A stretch of 63,562 nt of DNA, filler included, from Octopus bimaculoides (Eukaryota): NCBI RefSeq assembly GCF_001194135.2. It is 4 parts of 3 records of this genome, joined end to end, with 100 filler letters (N's around TTAATTAATTAA, not from the genome) between each part and the next. Parts side by side here need not be neighbours in the genome. Positions count along the whole stretch, not along the records: positions 45,955 to 54,510 come from NC_068985.1; positions 54,611 to 63,562 come from NC_068985.1; 2 more parts are not named here. The stretch is one strand, 5' to 3'. The translations under genes were made by a program, and so were the position numbers. Of this stretch, positions 50,521-63,562 are shown one piece after another (position 1 is the stretch's first letter; the number at the start of each line of letters is the position of its first letter). The notes beneath the pieces are model-generated. The model saw only the letters and a list, made by a program, of their open reading frames with translations. It made no database searches and was not told where the DNA came from.

Positions 50521-52576
50521 AACATGAAACTTATTTGCTGACTGACACAGAAGGCTATCACTGATCGCACACATTTCAATTAAACAGTTAAATCACAAAA
50601 TGTGCAGTCTGGAAATATTCTGATAACAACTCGAAATTTCCCAACGTCGCATCAATACAAGTTTAAAATTATATTATATATAAATGCTTCTTAATGCTGT
50701 GATCGCTCCATTAACCATCTTTCTATCAAAACTAATATGTTTTGAAATCCCACCAACTTTTTTGTCTGGGTGGGTTTACATTCACTTTGAAACGCTTGAA
50801 TCCCAAAATCTTCTAAATAAACCAGAAAGGGAGGAAAAATTTCTAAGTCATGTATTTCTATATAATTCTTTTCCAGGTATACGGTTTGAAATTTGAAATT
50901 GATTATAGAAATTTTCTCATAAGAAGAAACTGAATAAAAGAAGGGTATCTAAAATTAAAGTTTGAATTTGAACTAAAATTCAATAAAAACTAATTTGCTA
51001 TCTTTTCCAGCTTAAAAATTGGACGGGCATTTTTTTTTCTTTCAATTCGAGTTTTAATTTCAATTACAGGCGTCGATTTGATTTCCTCTTTGAATTCTGT
51101 GAATAAAAACTTCCTAGTTTTACTGATTTTAAATTTCCTGTCGAAAATATTTGGGAAAGTAATTTTTTTTTTAATATTTAACTGGAATTCAATGATTTCA
51201 TTGAGTTTGTTACTTTGATATGCAACCGTTCTATTTCCTTTAAGTGTAAAGCACATAAATATAAAACAATTAAGTTAAAAGTCGATATACTGAAAATCGT
51301 ACGCAAATGTTGGAAACAGATGAAGATATTTATCAAAATACAATCATCTGTGAAATTCTCATCATCGAGCGAAGGTTTCCGCTGACAATTGTGTACTGAG
51401 TTGACTTGGGATGTTGGCATGAAAAAATTCTGTTCTTCTTTCATGTTAGAGTTTAAAAATTACTAAGTTTTACAAACCATCATCTAGTTGCTGCTTTAGT
51501 TCAGTTATTTATTGCCGGAAATGGTATTAATGATTTGTTACGTCAAGAATTTTCTTCAAACGTATATACTCTTTTGGGAATTTTGACAGCAAAATATCTT
51601 AACCTTGATGTAAGAAATCAAAGCATCTGTTTTTGAAGATTCTTTATTTTTAGGATATAATGTCAAAATTCCAAAGAAGAAGGAAAATAAATTGCAGTGA
51701 AAAAGAAATAGACGACTTCTTACATAAGCATAACCTCACCCTCTTCACTATTTTATGGGATGGGAAATAAAATGTGACGCCCGAGTTCTACAAATTCGTT
51801 TACCCACAAATCGAAATTGATCCACCCTGTTGAAGTATCCAGTATATTTATCTTTCCCAAGCACATCAAGCTCTACGATTCATACATATAACAATCCTTT
51901 TCAACCCATCTGATCAAATTCTGCTCTCCTATTCGTGACTATCACTTACAAGACAAATCCACCACTTCAATACTATGTAATAAATCAGTCATTGCATCTG
52001 ATAGTATACCAGACATCAAAAGGGAAAATAGTGTTACTGTTAATTCTAATACCTGCAATCAGAATGCCAAAGGATAGAAGTTGACGTCTTTGTATCAAAA
52101 CAAAAGAAGTTTGTGACCCATCACATTGCAAAGTATTTGTTTTTATCTCAAACGTAATTAAAGTTACTGAAGTGATAGTAAAACTCCCTCAGGAGTTTCT
52201 ATAATTACCTTTATGGGTTCTGAGAGGTTGAATTCTCTGGAATCATTTTCTCAGTTACTGATTCTTGCAAAACAACAATTCTATTTAGTTCTGCGGTGTG
52301 TTGCTGAATTTTAGTCATCAAAATATGTTAGCTCAGAATAGCCGTACATAATAACAAACTTCCTTAATCTCCGATTTGGACCAACGCCAACCGGTGTTCT
52401 CTCTTTGTGCTTTCTACTTCTCCAACAATGGCTTCTACTTCTATAAACATGCCCGGTCTATAGAAATATAGTCATCATACTCATCTTTCAAATCATACTT
52501 CACACGTGTTGACACTGTACTAAACCCTCCACCAAATCTTTCCTTTCTAAGGTTGCATCCTACCAGTACTCTTTCT

Positions 52577-52633
<57 letters not shown>

Positions 52634-53017
52634 NNNNNNNNNNNNNNNNNNNNNNNNNNNNNNNNNNNNNNNNNNNNNNNNNNNNNNNNNNNNNNNNNNN
52701 NNNNNNNNNNNNNNNNNNNNNNNNNNNNNNNNNNNNNNNNNNNNNNNNNNNNNNNNNNNNNNNNNNNNNNNNNNNNNNNNNNNNNNNNNNNNNNNNNNNN
52801 NNNNNNNNNNNNNNNNNNNNNNNNNNNNNNNNNNNNNNNNNNNNNNNNNNNNNNNNNNNNNNNNNNNNNNNNNNNNNNNNNNNNNNNNNNNNNNNNNNNN
52901 NNNNNNNNNNNNNNNNNNNNNNNNNNNNNNNNNNNNNNNNNNNNNNNNNNNNNNNNNNNNNNNNNNNNNNNNNNNNNNNNNNNNNTATTACATTAATCTT
53001 AATCTTAATCTTATTTC

Positions 53018-53062
53018 GGCCAGAGTTCTTTCGTCACACTTCTGTGACCTCATCAGTGGTCC
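53018..53062 (-). ncRNA. Minimal hammerhead ribozyme-like motif (type I)
   Basis: GGACCA-CTGATGA-G-GTCACA gaag TGTGAC-GAAA-G-AA-CTC-TGGCC on the - strand. Confidence 0.5.
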
Positions 53063-54829
53063 TTTGTTTCCTTCTTTCTTATGTGTGTCTCACCTTGCTA
53101 ACTATCAGCCATTTTGTATTTATATATATATACAGGAGTTGGACAAAATAATGGAAACAAGAGAACATCCAACGTAAAGTTGACCGTGGGAGAACACTTA
53201 CTCTGTGAGATTGAAACCAACCATTTGCAATGATTGACCCTGTGCCTTATAATTCTGCGTATTATGTAGTTTGAATGAGAAACTGTAAGGTGTGTGAGCA
53301 ACTGGTTGTGTTAATGGCAGAAGAAAAGGGAATTGCATTAGAGAAAATTTTAATCGATGGAATAAGTCATTCGTATCCGAAAACGGGGATTTTTGGCAAA
53401 AAAATTTGTGAGAAAATGGGGTGGGGGAAGGGCGGAAGTCTTTCCAAAGTATCTTCGCAGGAACAGCTTCAGGAGTTGAGAAGAAAGAATATATAGGTAG
53501 TCTGTTTCTGAGAAGTATTCTATTGGACCTCTGTCTAATCACGTCTTTTACGGTACACACACATACATAGAAAATGTGAGGTCATGGTAGAAAATTTTTA
53601 CGATAGTTGATTGGAATTATTCTCTTATGTCTCACAAATGCAGTGCTATGGCGTCCATTCAATGGAAAAGATTATGTTAATTGTTTGAAATGCAAATCTG
53701 CGAATGAAAAATAAGTTCAGACCTCTACATGGTAGGTAGACCTGGTAGAAATAGTAGCCAATTCTCCCTCAAAATACCCTACTGTATTAATACGACAATT
53801 CTGCGTATTATGAAGTTTGAATGAGAAACTGTAAGGTGTGTGAGCAACTGGTTGTGTTAATGGCAGAAGAAAGGGAATTGCATTAGAAAATTTTTAATCG
53901 ATGTTCTCAGTATGAGGGCTAGGAAAAAATAGAAGAGGCATTAAGAAGTTGACGTTAAGAATTGCTTTAACAGAAAATGAAGCTGTAAGAATTAACGGAG
54001 AAATTGTATGTAAGAATTAATAGCAGACGTATCCAGTTTAAGAAATGTGAAGATAAAAGCTAAGTGAAGAAGTATGGAATAAGTAATTGTTATACGCTTA
54101 TAGAAAAACAATTTATATTATAGAATAGATACATATCTGTTGAAGACGAAAATGTATGTAAGAGCTATTGTATTGGACGTGTGTATAATCATAGAGAAAG
54201 TGAAAGACATATGAAATGGACGTGTGTGTGTGTGTGTGTGTGTGTTTTGCGGCTAATTTGGCGGGAGTTTTGCAGTCAGCAGGAGGTGGTTTGTGTTTTA
54301 TCACTCGATCAATGGCCGGACAAGTGAAAATACATTTTTTAAATATGTGTTTTGGGGAAAGGGGGTCTTTTGAAGTGGGCGTCAAATGAAAAGAGACATG
54401 GACAGTTTTATGACTGAACTTCTTTTGAAGTTGGCGTGAGACGGAAGAATTGATGTGCGTGGGTATGTCTGTGTGTATGTGTGTTTGATGGGGTGTGCGA
54501 GACAGAGAGANNNNNNNNNNNNNNNNNNNNNNNNNNNNNNNNNNNNNNNNNNNNTTAATTAATTAANNNNNNNNNNNNNNNNNNNNNNNNNNNNNNNNNN
54601 NNNNNNNNNNATATATATATATATATATATATATATACCTCAACCAGCAACTGAACTGATATATATATATATACATCATCGTTTTCATCTTCATTTAGCA
54701 ACCATGTCCCATGCTGGTATGGTTTCTATGGCTGGATGCCATTCACAAAACCAACTACGTTACAACGTGGACTGTTCCGTTTTTGGATCACCTTGCACTA
54801 CTGAGGTCGCCATGCAGTTTGATGGACTA

Positions 54830-55170
54830 TGAGCCTCAGGGGAGGTGGAAGACAATTTCATGCTTGGGGATGAGGGAATTACTAAGGAGAGACAGTAGCT
54901 TCTTGTAGAGGGATCTGTGAGGTTATTCACATTTATTATGGGAAATGGGGAAAGGAACAAAATTGGTAGGTGCTGGCGATGTACCAAGGTGGCCCCACAA
55001 GACACAAGCTGCGTAGAAAAGTATGGGTTGGTGGACAGTTTGTAAGTCTGTATGGGAAGAAGAACGAGGAGATGGGGAGGCAGACTGTCAAAACGGATGA
55101 TGTTAAAGAGTGGATGGGCAAAGACCCATGAGATGGCGAAGATAGAGGGATGCAGAATATAGCACATATT
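54830..55170 (+). mobile_element. Highly decayed RTE-like LINE 3' fragment
   Basis: Weak resemblance to the GRRRGRGRP...WxDDxKEW terminus (RRTRRWGGR..TDDVKEWMG). Confidence 0.3.
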
Positions 55171-56182
55171 ATAGTATTACTTATCTCTAAGTGAAGAGCA
55201 TAGAGATGATTAAGCATTAATTATTCCCTTTATTTAATCACTTAAAAATGAATTTATAAATGAATAGAAAGCAGTTTGCTTATCCTTGTAAACACGAAAA
55301 TTCCAAATTAACCTAATGCAATTATTGACAATATTAATAAAGTTGTAAAAAATTATGTCACTATATTCAAGAGAATTTAAAACATGGAATTTCTTTTCAT
55401 CAAAATGAAGTAAGTGCATTAAAGATCACTTGAAATGAAATCCCATCTATTAGACAAAGAATTTCTAAGTATAATGACTTTATCATTTAGAATGTCTTCC
55501 TAATTTTTGTAGGTGAAGAGGGTTATAGAATCTTATAACTCCCTCCTATTTTCTACATTTCTTTTGCGAAGTAATCATCGCATGCTTTGTCGCCATAAAT
55601 TCTATGTCATATCACGTTGTCGATATTAGAGAAACAGGTGCAGACATGGCTGTGAGGTGAGAAGTTTGCTTCCTAGTACCTCGGGATGTGTCTTCTGATT
55701 GGAGTTGGTAGAAGGAAACGGAAAGAAGCCCATTGTATATATATATATATGAATAGGAACAAAAACGCGATAGAGTACATACAAACATTCAGAGAGATAG
55801 ACGATACTGAGGCGGACAAGAGAAACAACAATTAGAAGGACAGGCAAAAAAAAAAGGACGGGTCATTAGTGGCTTTCTTTCCTCAGTCAAGTCCCAGAGG
55901 TCATGACCATTTCGGGCAGTCACACTTAGATGGTTCGATCTGGTTGCCCCTCACCCCCACCAAAGTATAAGCTAACAGCATTAGACCTCTTTGTAAAAAA
56001 GCTAGCGAATGTGTACAACAAAGACAAAAACAAACAAAAAGCGGAGAACATTGTACACAATATATATGTATGTATGTATGTATGTATGTCTATCTATCTA
56101 TCTATCCATCTATCTATCTATCTGTCTGTCTGTCTGTCTGTCTGTCTCTGTCTCTCTCTGTCTCTGTCTGTCTCTCTCTGTC

Positions 56183-56269
<87 letters not shown>

Positions 56270-56640
56270 ACTAAGCTTGTATACGTAATATAAATCCAAA
56301 AGAGGAGTTCATTTGTCTCCAGTTGTGACTGACGGTGCAAGGTAGAACCTACACTGCTAGAAATAAGAGTTAAAATCTCTTAGAGCCGCGAAGAAGTATA
56401 TGTCTATCCATTGACAACGAGCAGAATCACCACAACATCGAGCGACATCACCATACTTGTCTTGTTTCACTCAAAATGAAAGCCCATTAGTGGTAACTAC
56501 TCCATGGCTTGATGCTTTCGCTACATCCGCCCGTCAGTATATAGTATTCATCATATGAGTCAATGTCTGATTCAGCAAAATGGGAATGTGGAAATTATAA
56601 AATAACAAAGTCGGCTATATGCAATATAAAACAAAAAATT

Positions 56641-56705
<65 letters not shown>

Positions 56706-58309
56706 TGTGTGAGTACTTGTCGCCTACCCCCGCTTCACAACTTGTCTTTGTGTGTTTATGCCCCATGACTTAGCAGCGCACCAAATGGTACAGATGGAAT
56801 AAGTACCTGGCTCAAAAAATAATAAGTATTGTCGTATGTTCGTACAAGTAAAATTCTTGAAGGTGGTGTCTGAACCCAGACATTTCTACCATTATGTTTA
56901 ACTGGGTGAAGTTCTTCTCTTGTGAAGCCATACTTGACCACTTAGACATCAGAGTGAAGCAACCGAAATTTTCTCTCATCCAGACAAAAGTTTTCTGTTC
57001 AATCTGAAGACATCTAAATGTGAACTAATTGATTACAAGTCCATCAGTTTTTTTTTCCAAAGAAATTTACATTTATTATCCCACACATCCCACTTGCCTT
57101 AACAGCTCTACTCAGTCTTTGATGTTGATGAGACCAATCTGTGTCTGATATTTCTGTGGAACGTTGTTTGAAATATTAACAGCAGTCATTTTCCTGCTGT
57201 TCATCGAAAAATGCTAAATGTATTACGCTGACCTTTCAAAAGTTTTTGCTAAACATCTGATCAAGCATGTCAGAATAACACCTAACTTTATTAAAGATAT
57301 CTAAATTGAGGTGAGCAGAACTAAAACTAACGCACGAACAATTGTAACATTCTGAACCCTATTGTGAGGTTCTTCTGTTTACGCTTCCTGATCACAACTC
57401 AACTTAGGAGGATAAAATGAAATAGTTACTCAGAGTACGTCTGAGTCACAGTATTGATGTCATTGTTGTTGTCGTCGTCATCGTCGTCGTCATCATCATC
57501 ATCATCATAACCATCATCATAATCATCATCATCGTTATCATCTTCGTCATCATCATCATCAAAGTTATGTAAAACCTCGTCTGTTGGCCGCTGTATCTCC
57601 TCTACCCTATATTAGTTCTGGTTTGGAATTCCTGCCTTTTCGAACAGGATTGCCTGCACTGCGATTCAGGTAACCCTTGTTACATCTGTTCCTTTCTTTC
57701 TTCTTAATGACTTATAGGCAGACGGTATTTCGTTATGCAACCAGCTTCCAAGAATGTTGTTAATATATAGAATTGGTCAATCCAATAACATTCCACTTCT
57801 ATATTCAGTGGGTATTTAAGGAATGTGTTTTTGGATGAATAATGGGTTGGATTGTTGCGGATGAAGGAGCAAAGACTCCCGAAACATGGTATATACGCCT
57901 GTTACCCATTTTTTCAGATTCGATCCCATTTCTTTACATTTGATATCCTTCATACAAAATGTCATAATAAAATCAGGGCTGATTATTATGTCTTTCTGAT
58001 TATTTTTTTACAGCTGATACTCTGTCTTTTATCAGCTTTCTAATGAAGTTGAGTGAACTGGATTCTGTTTTATTTACCCACTAGTATTTGAAGGGCTGTT
58101 TTCAACAGAGCTGAAGTATCTTTTCTGAATTTTATCTGTTCTTACTTGGGGAATTACAACTCTCCTTGATGGGTTGCATGCCTGAAATGGCCATCTCTTC
58201 ATATATTCATTTCTTATAGGATTAATACTAAAAGATTGGCAATATTTTGGTAAGTTACTTGCTTTATTCATCAACTTACGACCCAAGCAGCTAAGTATTC
58301 AAAATAGAA

Positions 58310-58450
58310 GCCAACTTTCTGCCAGTTCTTTGGTTCCAGTGTGGGTACCAGTTCTTGTCCTTTGAAGTGAAGAATTCTTTCAATCGATCTTCCACCTCTT
58401 CTCGACTGACGAAATGTTGCAACTGAGCCATGGAGCAAATACTTTGAATG
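58310..58450 (-). mobile_element. Mariner transposase C-terminal fragment
   Basis: Translates to FVSREEVEDRLKEFFTSKDKNWY...KELAESW. Confidence 0.55.
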
Positions 58451-59683
58451 CTAGGAATCTTTTGTTGTAACTCGACAAATAAAACAGATTAGTTACCAAA
58501 ATACTGCAAAGCTTTCGACTCAATACAATCCATCGATTTCACATGGCTAAAAAAAATAGATTCCCTTATTAGAGGCTACTTCCATCCTAGAAGAGTGGCA
58601 GCTGCTGTTTCTTTGCATCATTATGAGGTGGCAGCCTATGGCACTGACGCTACTCCCACTATGTAGGTAGAAGGAAAATTATTCTGGCAGGCTCAGGAGG
58701 CTGAATTACAACACAAACTCTAGGAAATTATATATAAAATGCTAAATAAATGTTTAATTTTGCTGTGAAAATACAAGTCCTGTGTAAACCACAAGAGCTC
58801 TGGCAGTCATAACCTCGCAAGTTTTGTTTTTATTATATGCATATTAAATATCTCGTATGTGACATATTTATTCAAAGCTATTATTTGTTATTAAATCACA
58901 GACATTAAACTTGTAACCATTATGTAAATTTATTTCTGCTAGTAATAGTTTGTTTACATTATTCATAAAGAAATCTAATCTTCTTAACTTGAGCTGATAA
59001 AAGATGAGGTAAATTCTCACTAATGAATTTTTAATGAACGTTGGGGAGCTGTCTGATTGAAACCCACTTTCAGATACTGAAGCTTCAATAGTTTATCTTT
59101 GACTTGTTGTTTCAGAGCAGGAGTATATGTGCTTCATGTAAAACTTAAGCTTTACTTGAGGGCAAATGGAGGGAGCAACGGAACCAGTGTAATTCCTCTT
59201 GGCTAAAGCAGTGTGGAGGGAAACAGGAGAAAAACGATAGAAATATGTGGATGATGGCAGAAAGATTGTGTATAGAGAGATCAAAATGTTGTTCCTCAAT
59301 ATACAAGAATCATAGTACAGTGAAGAGAAGAAGGAATATTTGACCATTCCGTAACTGATAAATCTCCACTTCTCTTGTTTCCTTGATAGAAATCTAACAG
59401 GGAGCGCACTATATAGATAAATACAAATCTAGCACTCTACATAGACATATACTATATACGTTAATATTGCACAGCTGACTGGACAAACTTTCTCCACAAA
59501 AAGCTGCATACTGGAACAGTCATTTTAACGATTTATTTATCACACGATGAGATACGTCTGCACTACTGGATATTCCTGAACCAGTTTTTGTGTGTCCCAC
59601 AAGAGGAATTGATGCTAGATGTGTCGAAACAATTGTTGTAATTAACAATATATTCTCGTATATTCCATTTTCTGTCTTCCATT

Positions 59684-59768
<85 letters not shown>

Positions 59769-60077
59769 TTTTTGTCTGTGTCCCCCACCACTGCTTGACA
59801 ACTGGTGTTGGTGATTGGGGTCCATTTGTTCGACTAAAATTCTTCAAGGCTCTGCTCCAGCTTGGCTGCATTCAAAGTAATGAAAGGCGTCAAAGAACAT
59901 AAGAGATAAATGGAATTACTGTCTGCTTTTTATCTGCATCTCGAGCGTAGGTATATCGAGCATTGCATTATATTGCATTATATTATAGTATATGTATGTT
60001 TATATGTATGTTTATATGTATGTATATATGTATATACACACCGATATATATATGAATGTATAAATATATATATATGT

Positions 60078-60114
<37 letters not shown>

Positions 60115-61639
60115 TCGTATTGTATCTATCTATCTATCAATATCTACATACATACATACTTATACATGGATGTATGTGTAATAATTATCCTCTTCACAAT
60201 GCACACACATACACACACACACACACACACGCACGCACACACGCACGCACACACACACACGCACACACACGCACGCGCACACACACGCACACACACACAC
60301 ATATTTATAAAGCTAAATCTTTCTACCATTTATCATTGCCTATCTCCATATATTACTGTTGCTTTATTCCTTTATGACAGAATGCTTTCACTTTATCTTT
60401 TCAACAATAACTACCTGAGCTAGTATTCATGTACGCTCTCATTTCCTGCATTGCTGTGGTACATTTTATGTATGATTTACTGGTTGGAAGTATGTTCTGA
60501 TGAGTTTCCTTTTATTGTAGAATTGTCATTTGTCAGTTAGAATTAGGGAAACCTATGCAACCAACGTGCATAGATGACAAATTGCGTTAAATGCTCTGTA
60601 GCTAGTCCCTTACATAACATTCCGTTAAAATATGGAAAGCTTCACACCACTCTAGTTTATCAACAATATGTGAAGTACTGAGCATTTCATTTATATATTC
60701 TTGTCGACGTTTACAGTAGATGTTGATAACAGGAGAACAGCTCAGGAAATCAGTGGTGATAGAACTTATTTATAAGCCGTACATGGTTGCCTATTGTTTG
60801 GTAGAAGATGTACAGCCTGGAAGTCTGGACTGATAGGAAATTAGCAAATCATATTTTCAAAGACCAGTCTCAAGTGATCTTGTGATGAACTTCTCTCGTT
60901 TCATATATTTTATTCAACAAACTGACCAGGAAAATTTGGGAACCTTTATTTAAATTTTCAATGTTTGAGGATTAAATGTGTCATATATAGAGTCAAATGT
61001 TTAAGAAGTTTCCTTCTCAACCAAATGGTTCTGGATTTAATTCTAATAAAGAAGCACCCTTGATAAGTTATGCTCTTTCATCTGAAACTTAGACCAACAT
61101 CCTAAGAACCCCACAATTCCCTTAACTAACAATGACTTTCTCCTCACCGCCTCCCTCTAATTCCTCATCACTCTCAGAACTTTCGCTCTCCTATGACCCG
61201 TCACTCCCACATATTCCATCCATTTTCACCCCATAATGTGGAATAGAATTGAATCCGCACCCCACATAAGCTATATTGTTTCTCTTACACCCTCTTTCTC
61301 ACTAACTCCTAACATTATATTTCTCTTTTCATACTTCACCTTTCACCTTCTTGCCTAAAGACCCTTCTCCCCTCTCTCTCTCTCTCTCTCCAATTCCTCT
61401 TTCCCGCCACACTTGTCCTGGTTCTTTTCAAGCAGCCAACTGCACACTATAGAACGTGGTTGGCATTAGAAAGGATAACCAACTGTAGAAGCCATGACAA
61501 AACTTAAAACATTGGGGTATGAAATAGTTCTTCAACTTACTGAATCCTTTAGATCACTCTAACCAAACGTGTAAAGCAGAATTAAAATGATGGTGGTGCT
61601 GCTGCAGCTATTGCTGTTGATATATATATATATATATAT

Positions 61640-61827
61640 AGCACTGAGTCGACTCTGCTGAGTGGTTGGTGTTAGGAAGGGCATCCCGCTGTAAAAACCC
61701 TGCCAAAAACAGTTACAGAAGTCTGGTGCAGGTTTCTGCCTGGCTAAAATGTTGTCAAACCATTCCATCCATGCCAGCATGGAAGGTAGGCGTTAAACGA
61801 TGATGATTATAATAATAATGATCATGA

Positions 61828-61830
<3 letters not shown>
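61640..61830 (-). mobile_element. SINE family C
   Basis: GTTAGGAAGGGCATCC..CCATGCCAGCATGGAA..CGTTAAACGATGATGAT. Confidence 0.75.
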
Positions 61831-61865
<35 letters not shown>

Positions 61866-61875
61866 NNNNNNNNNN

Positions 61876-61912
<37 letters not shown>

Positions 61913-62551
61913 TGCACTCTTTGACACACACATACCTACATCTGCACTCACACATACACATAAATATGTTCACTGTAGCTTTCTTCCATGATATTCCACG
62001 AAATTGGCATTATTCATCCTCAGCTTATATTAGGAGAAATTTACCAAATCTTGCAATTTATTTTAAACAGAAAATAATGAAGAATTTAAGAGAGAATTTT
62101 CCTATCCCTCCACACTGTTATTTGAACCACAATCTAAGAGGCTTCCACAGAAAATAATGATGCAAAGGTTTAACTGAAACTTGAAAACATTTCAGGAGAC
62201 ATTTTGTACCAGTCAACCAGAAATGGTCTCAGACAATAGGATTCAATATATTTGTCCCTTCTCTATACGAAATAAATGAATAAATCTCTTTATTTAATTG
62301 CCCCTGTTCACTCCCTCATTAACTCTTCTTTTCTCTCATTTGCATCCCTATCCTTCTCTCCTGTATTCTACTTTCTCTCACATTATGTTAGCTATTAACA
62401 ACATTTTCTACTCACTAACATCTCGAATGAGTTAATATAATCCAGTTATGTTTCTTGGCTATAATCCCGCCTTGGTTTCCCTATGTAGGATTCTTGTTCA
62501 TACCACCAAACATCTACAGTACCATTGCCTTTCATCAATATTTATCATATG

Positions 62552-62930
62552 TGCAGGCAGGCCTGTGTAATAAGACGTTTGCTTCCCAACTACATGGTTC
62601 CAGTTTCAGTCCCACTGCACGGCAGCCAGGACAAGTGTCTTCTACTATAGCCTTGAGCCAACTGAAACATTCAGGGGGAATTTGGTAGATGGAAACCTAA
62701 AGAAGCCCAACATACGTGTGCGTCTTTGTGTCTGTGTTTATCCACTACCAACATTTGACATGAGATGTTGGTGTGTTTACATGTCTGTAAATTAGCGGTT
62801 CAGCATAAAAGACCGATAGAATAAGTTCCAGGTTTTACTAATGTAAGAACTGGAGTCGATTCGTCCACTAAAATTCTTCAAAGTGGTGCTCCAGCCTGGC
62901 CACAGTCTAATCGCTGACAAAAGATAAGAG
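62552..62930 (+). mobile_element. SINE family A, full length
   Basis: Head, core and tail as at 36-455. Confidence 0.8.
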
Positions 62931-63218
62931 ATTTATCAGGATATTTCTCTAAACTTGGGACTTCTCTCCCACTCTATACTCGACCTTCAAATCTTCTATC
63001 ATAATCTCATACTTTCTCTGTCTTGCGCTCTCTCTCTCCCTCTCCTTCACTTTATTACCATCTTTGCCAATATCTTCTTATTCCTCATCAACACATTTCT
63101 GATTGGAAAGATTTGTTCTCGGCAAACACTTCAATGAACAATAACAATAATCCTTTCTACTAAAGGTACAAGACCTGGAATTTGGGGGAGGGGACTAGTC
63201 AATTGCCAGCTCACCACC

Positions 63219-63223
<5 letters not shown>

Positions 63224-63284
<61 letters not shown>

Positions 63285-63287
63285 TTA

Positions 63288-63330
<43 letters not shown>

Positions 63331-63345
63331 TTAATAATAATAATA

Positions 63346-63379
<34 letters not shown>
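63224..63379. repeat. (AAT)n microsatellite
   Basis: Directly visible. Confidence 0.95.
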
Positions 63380-63562
63380 GTTAGAACCAGCGGAGAGCTA
63401 CAAATACCTAGGGGTAATTGAAGGGGACAATATCAAGCACTCAGTGATGAGGGAAAGGATCAGAAGAGAATGTTATCGCAGGGTGAGAGCAATACTGAAG
63501 ACAGAGCTGAACGCGAGAAACAGGATCGAAGCGATCAAAGCTCTAGCCATACCAGTCGTGAC
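63380..63562 (+). mobile_element. 5'-truncated R4/Dong-like non-LTR retrotransposon, open RT frame, runs off window
   Basis: LEPAESYKYLGVIEGDNIKHSVMRERIRRECYRRVRAILKTELNARNRIEAIKALAIPVV (YKYLG plus thumb) starts immediately after (AAT)n. Confidence 0.8.

Noticed and set aside
59116-59145. Possible terminal exon (tttcAG|AG CAG GAG TAT ATG TGC TTC ATG TAA) for the unknown gene
   Set aside because: Too short to distinguish from chance, and the surrounding sequence looks like decayed repeat.

Overview
AT-rich, microsatellite-dense animal genomic scaffold with many N gaps. The SINE families and repeat density suggest an octopus/coleoid cephalopod (inferred, not database-confirmed). The one confidently identified gene is a leishmanolysin-like peptidase (LMLN/invadolysin): its last six coding exons lie on the + strand (3039-11438) and splice into one open frame through GT-AG introns. 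A second, unidentified + strand gene may begin at 44737. The rest is mostly mobile DNA: tRNA-derived and (GAT)n-tailed SINEs, a decayed Ty3/Gypsy element, a solo LTR with a 5-bp TSD, R4/Dong-like and RTE LINE pieces, mariner remnants, and hAT, piggyBac-like and Merlin-like MITEs. The most unusual observations are: (1) a ~305-320-bp repeat unit with an internal tRNA-Thr-like Pol III cassette, forming a tandem plus head-to-head palindromic cluster; (2) an 18S rRNA 5' fragment abutting a 5'-truncated Gypsy pol; (3) a TIR/8-bp-TSD MITE carrying telomeric repeats; (4) a repeat/variable-spacer array; (5) a minimal hammerhead-ribozyme-like motif; (6) an apparent CpG-decay boundary near 44 kb. None of these is a demonstrated new system. 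Almost all ORFs in the supplied track are microsatellite or N-gap artefacts.
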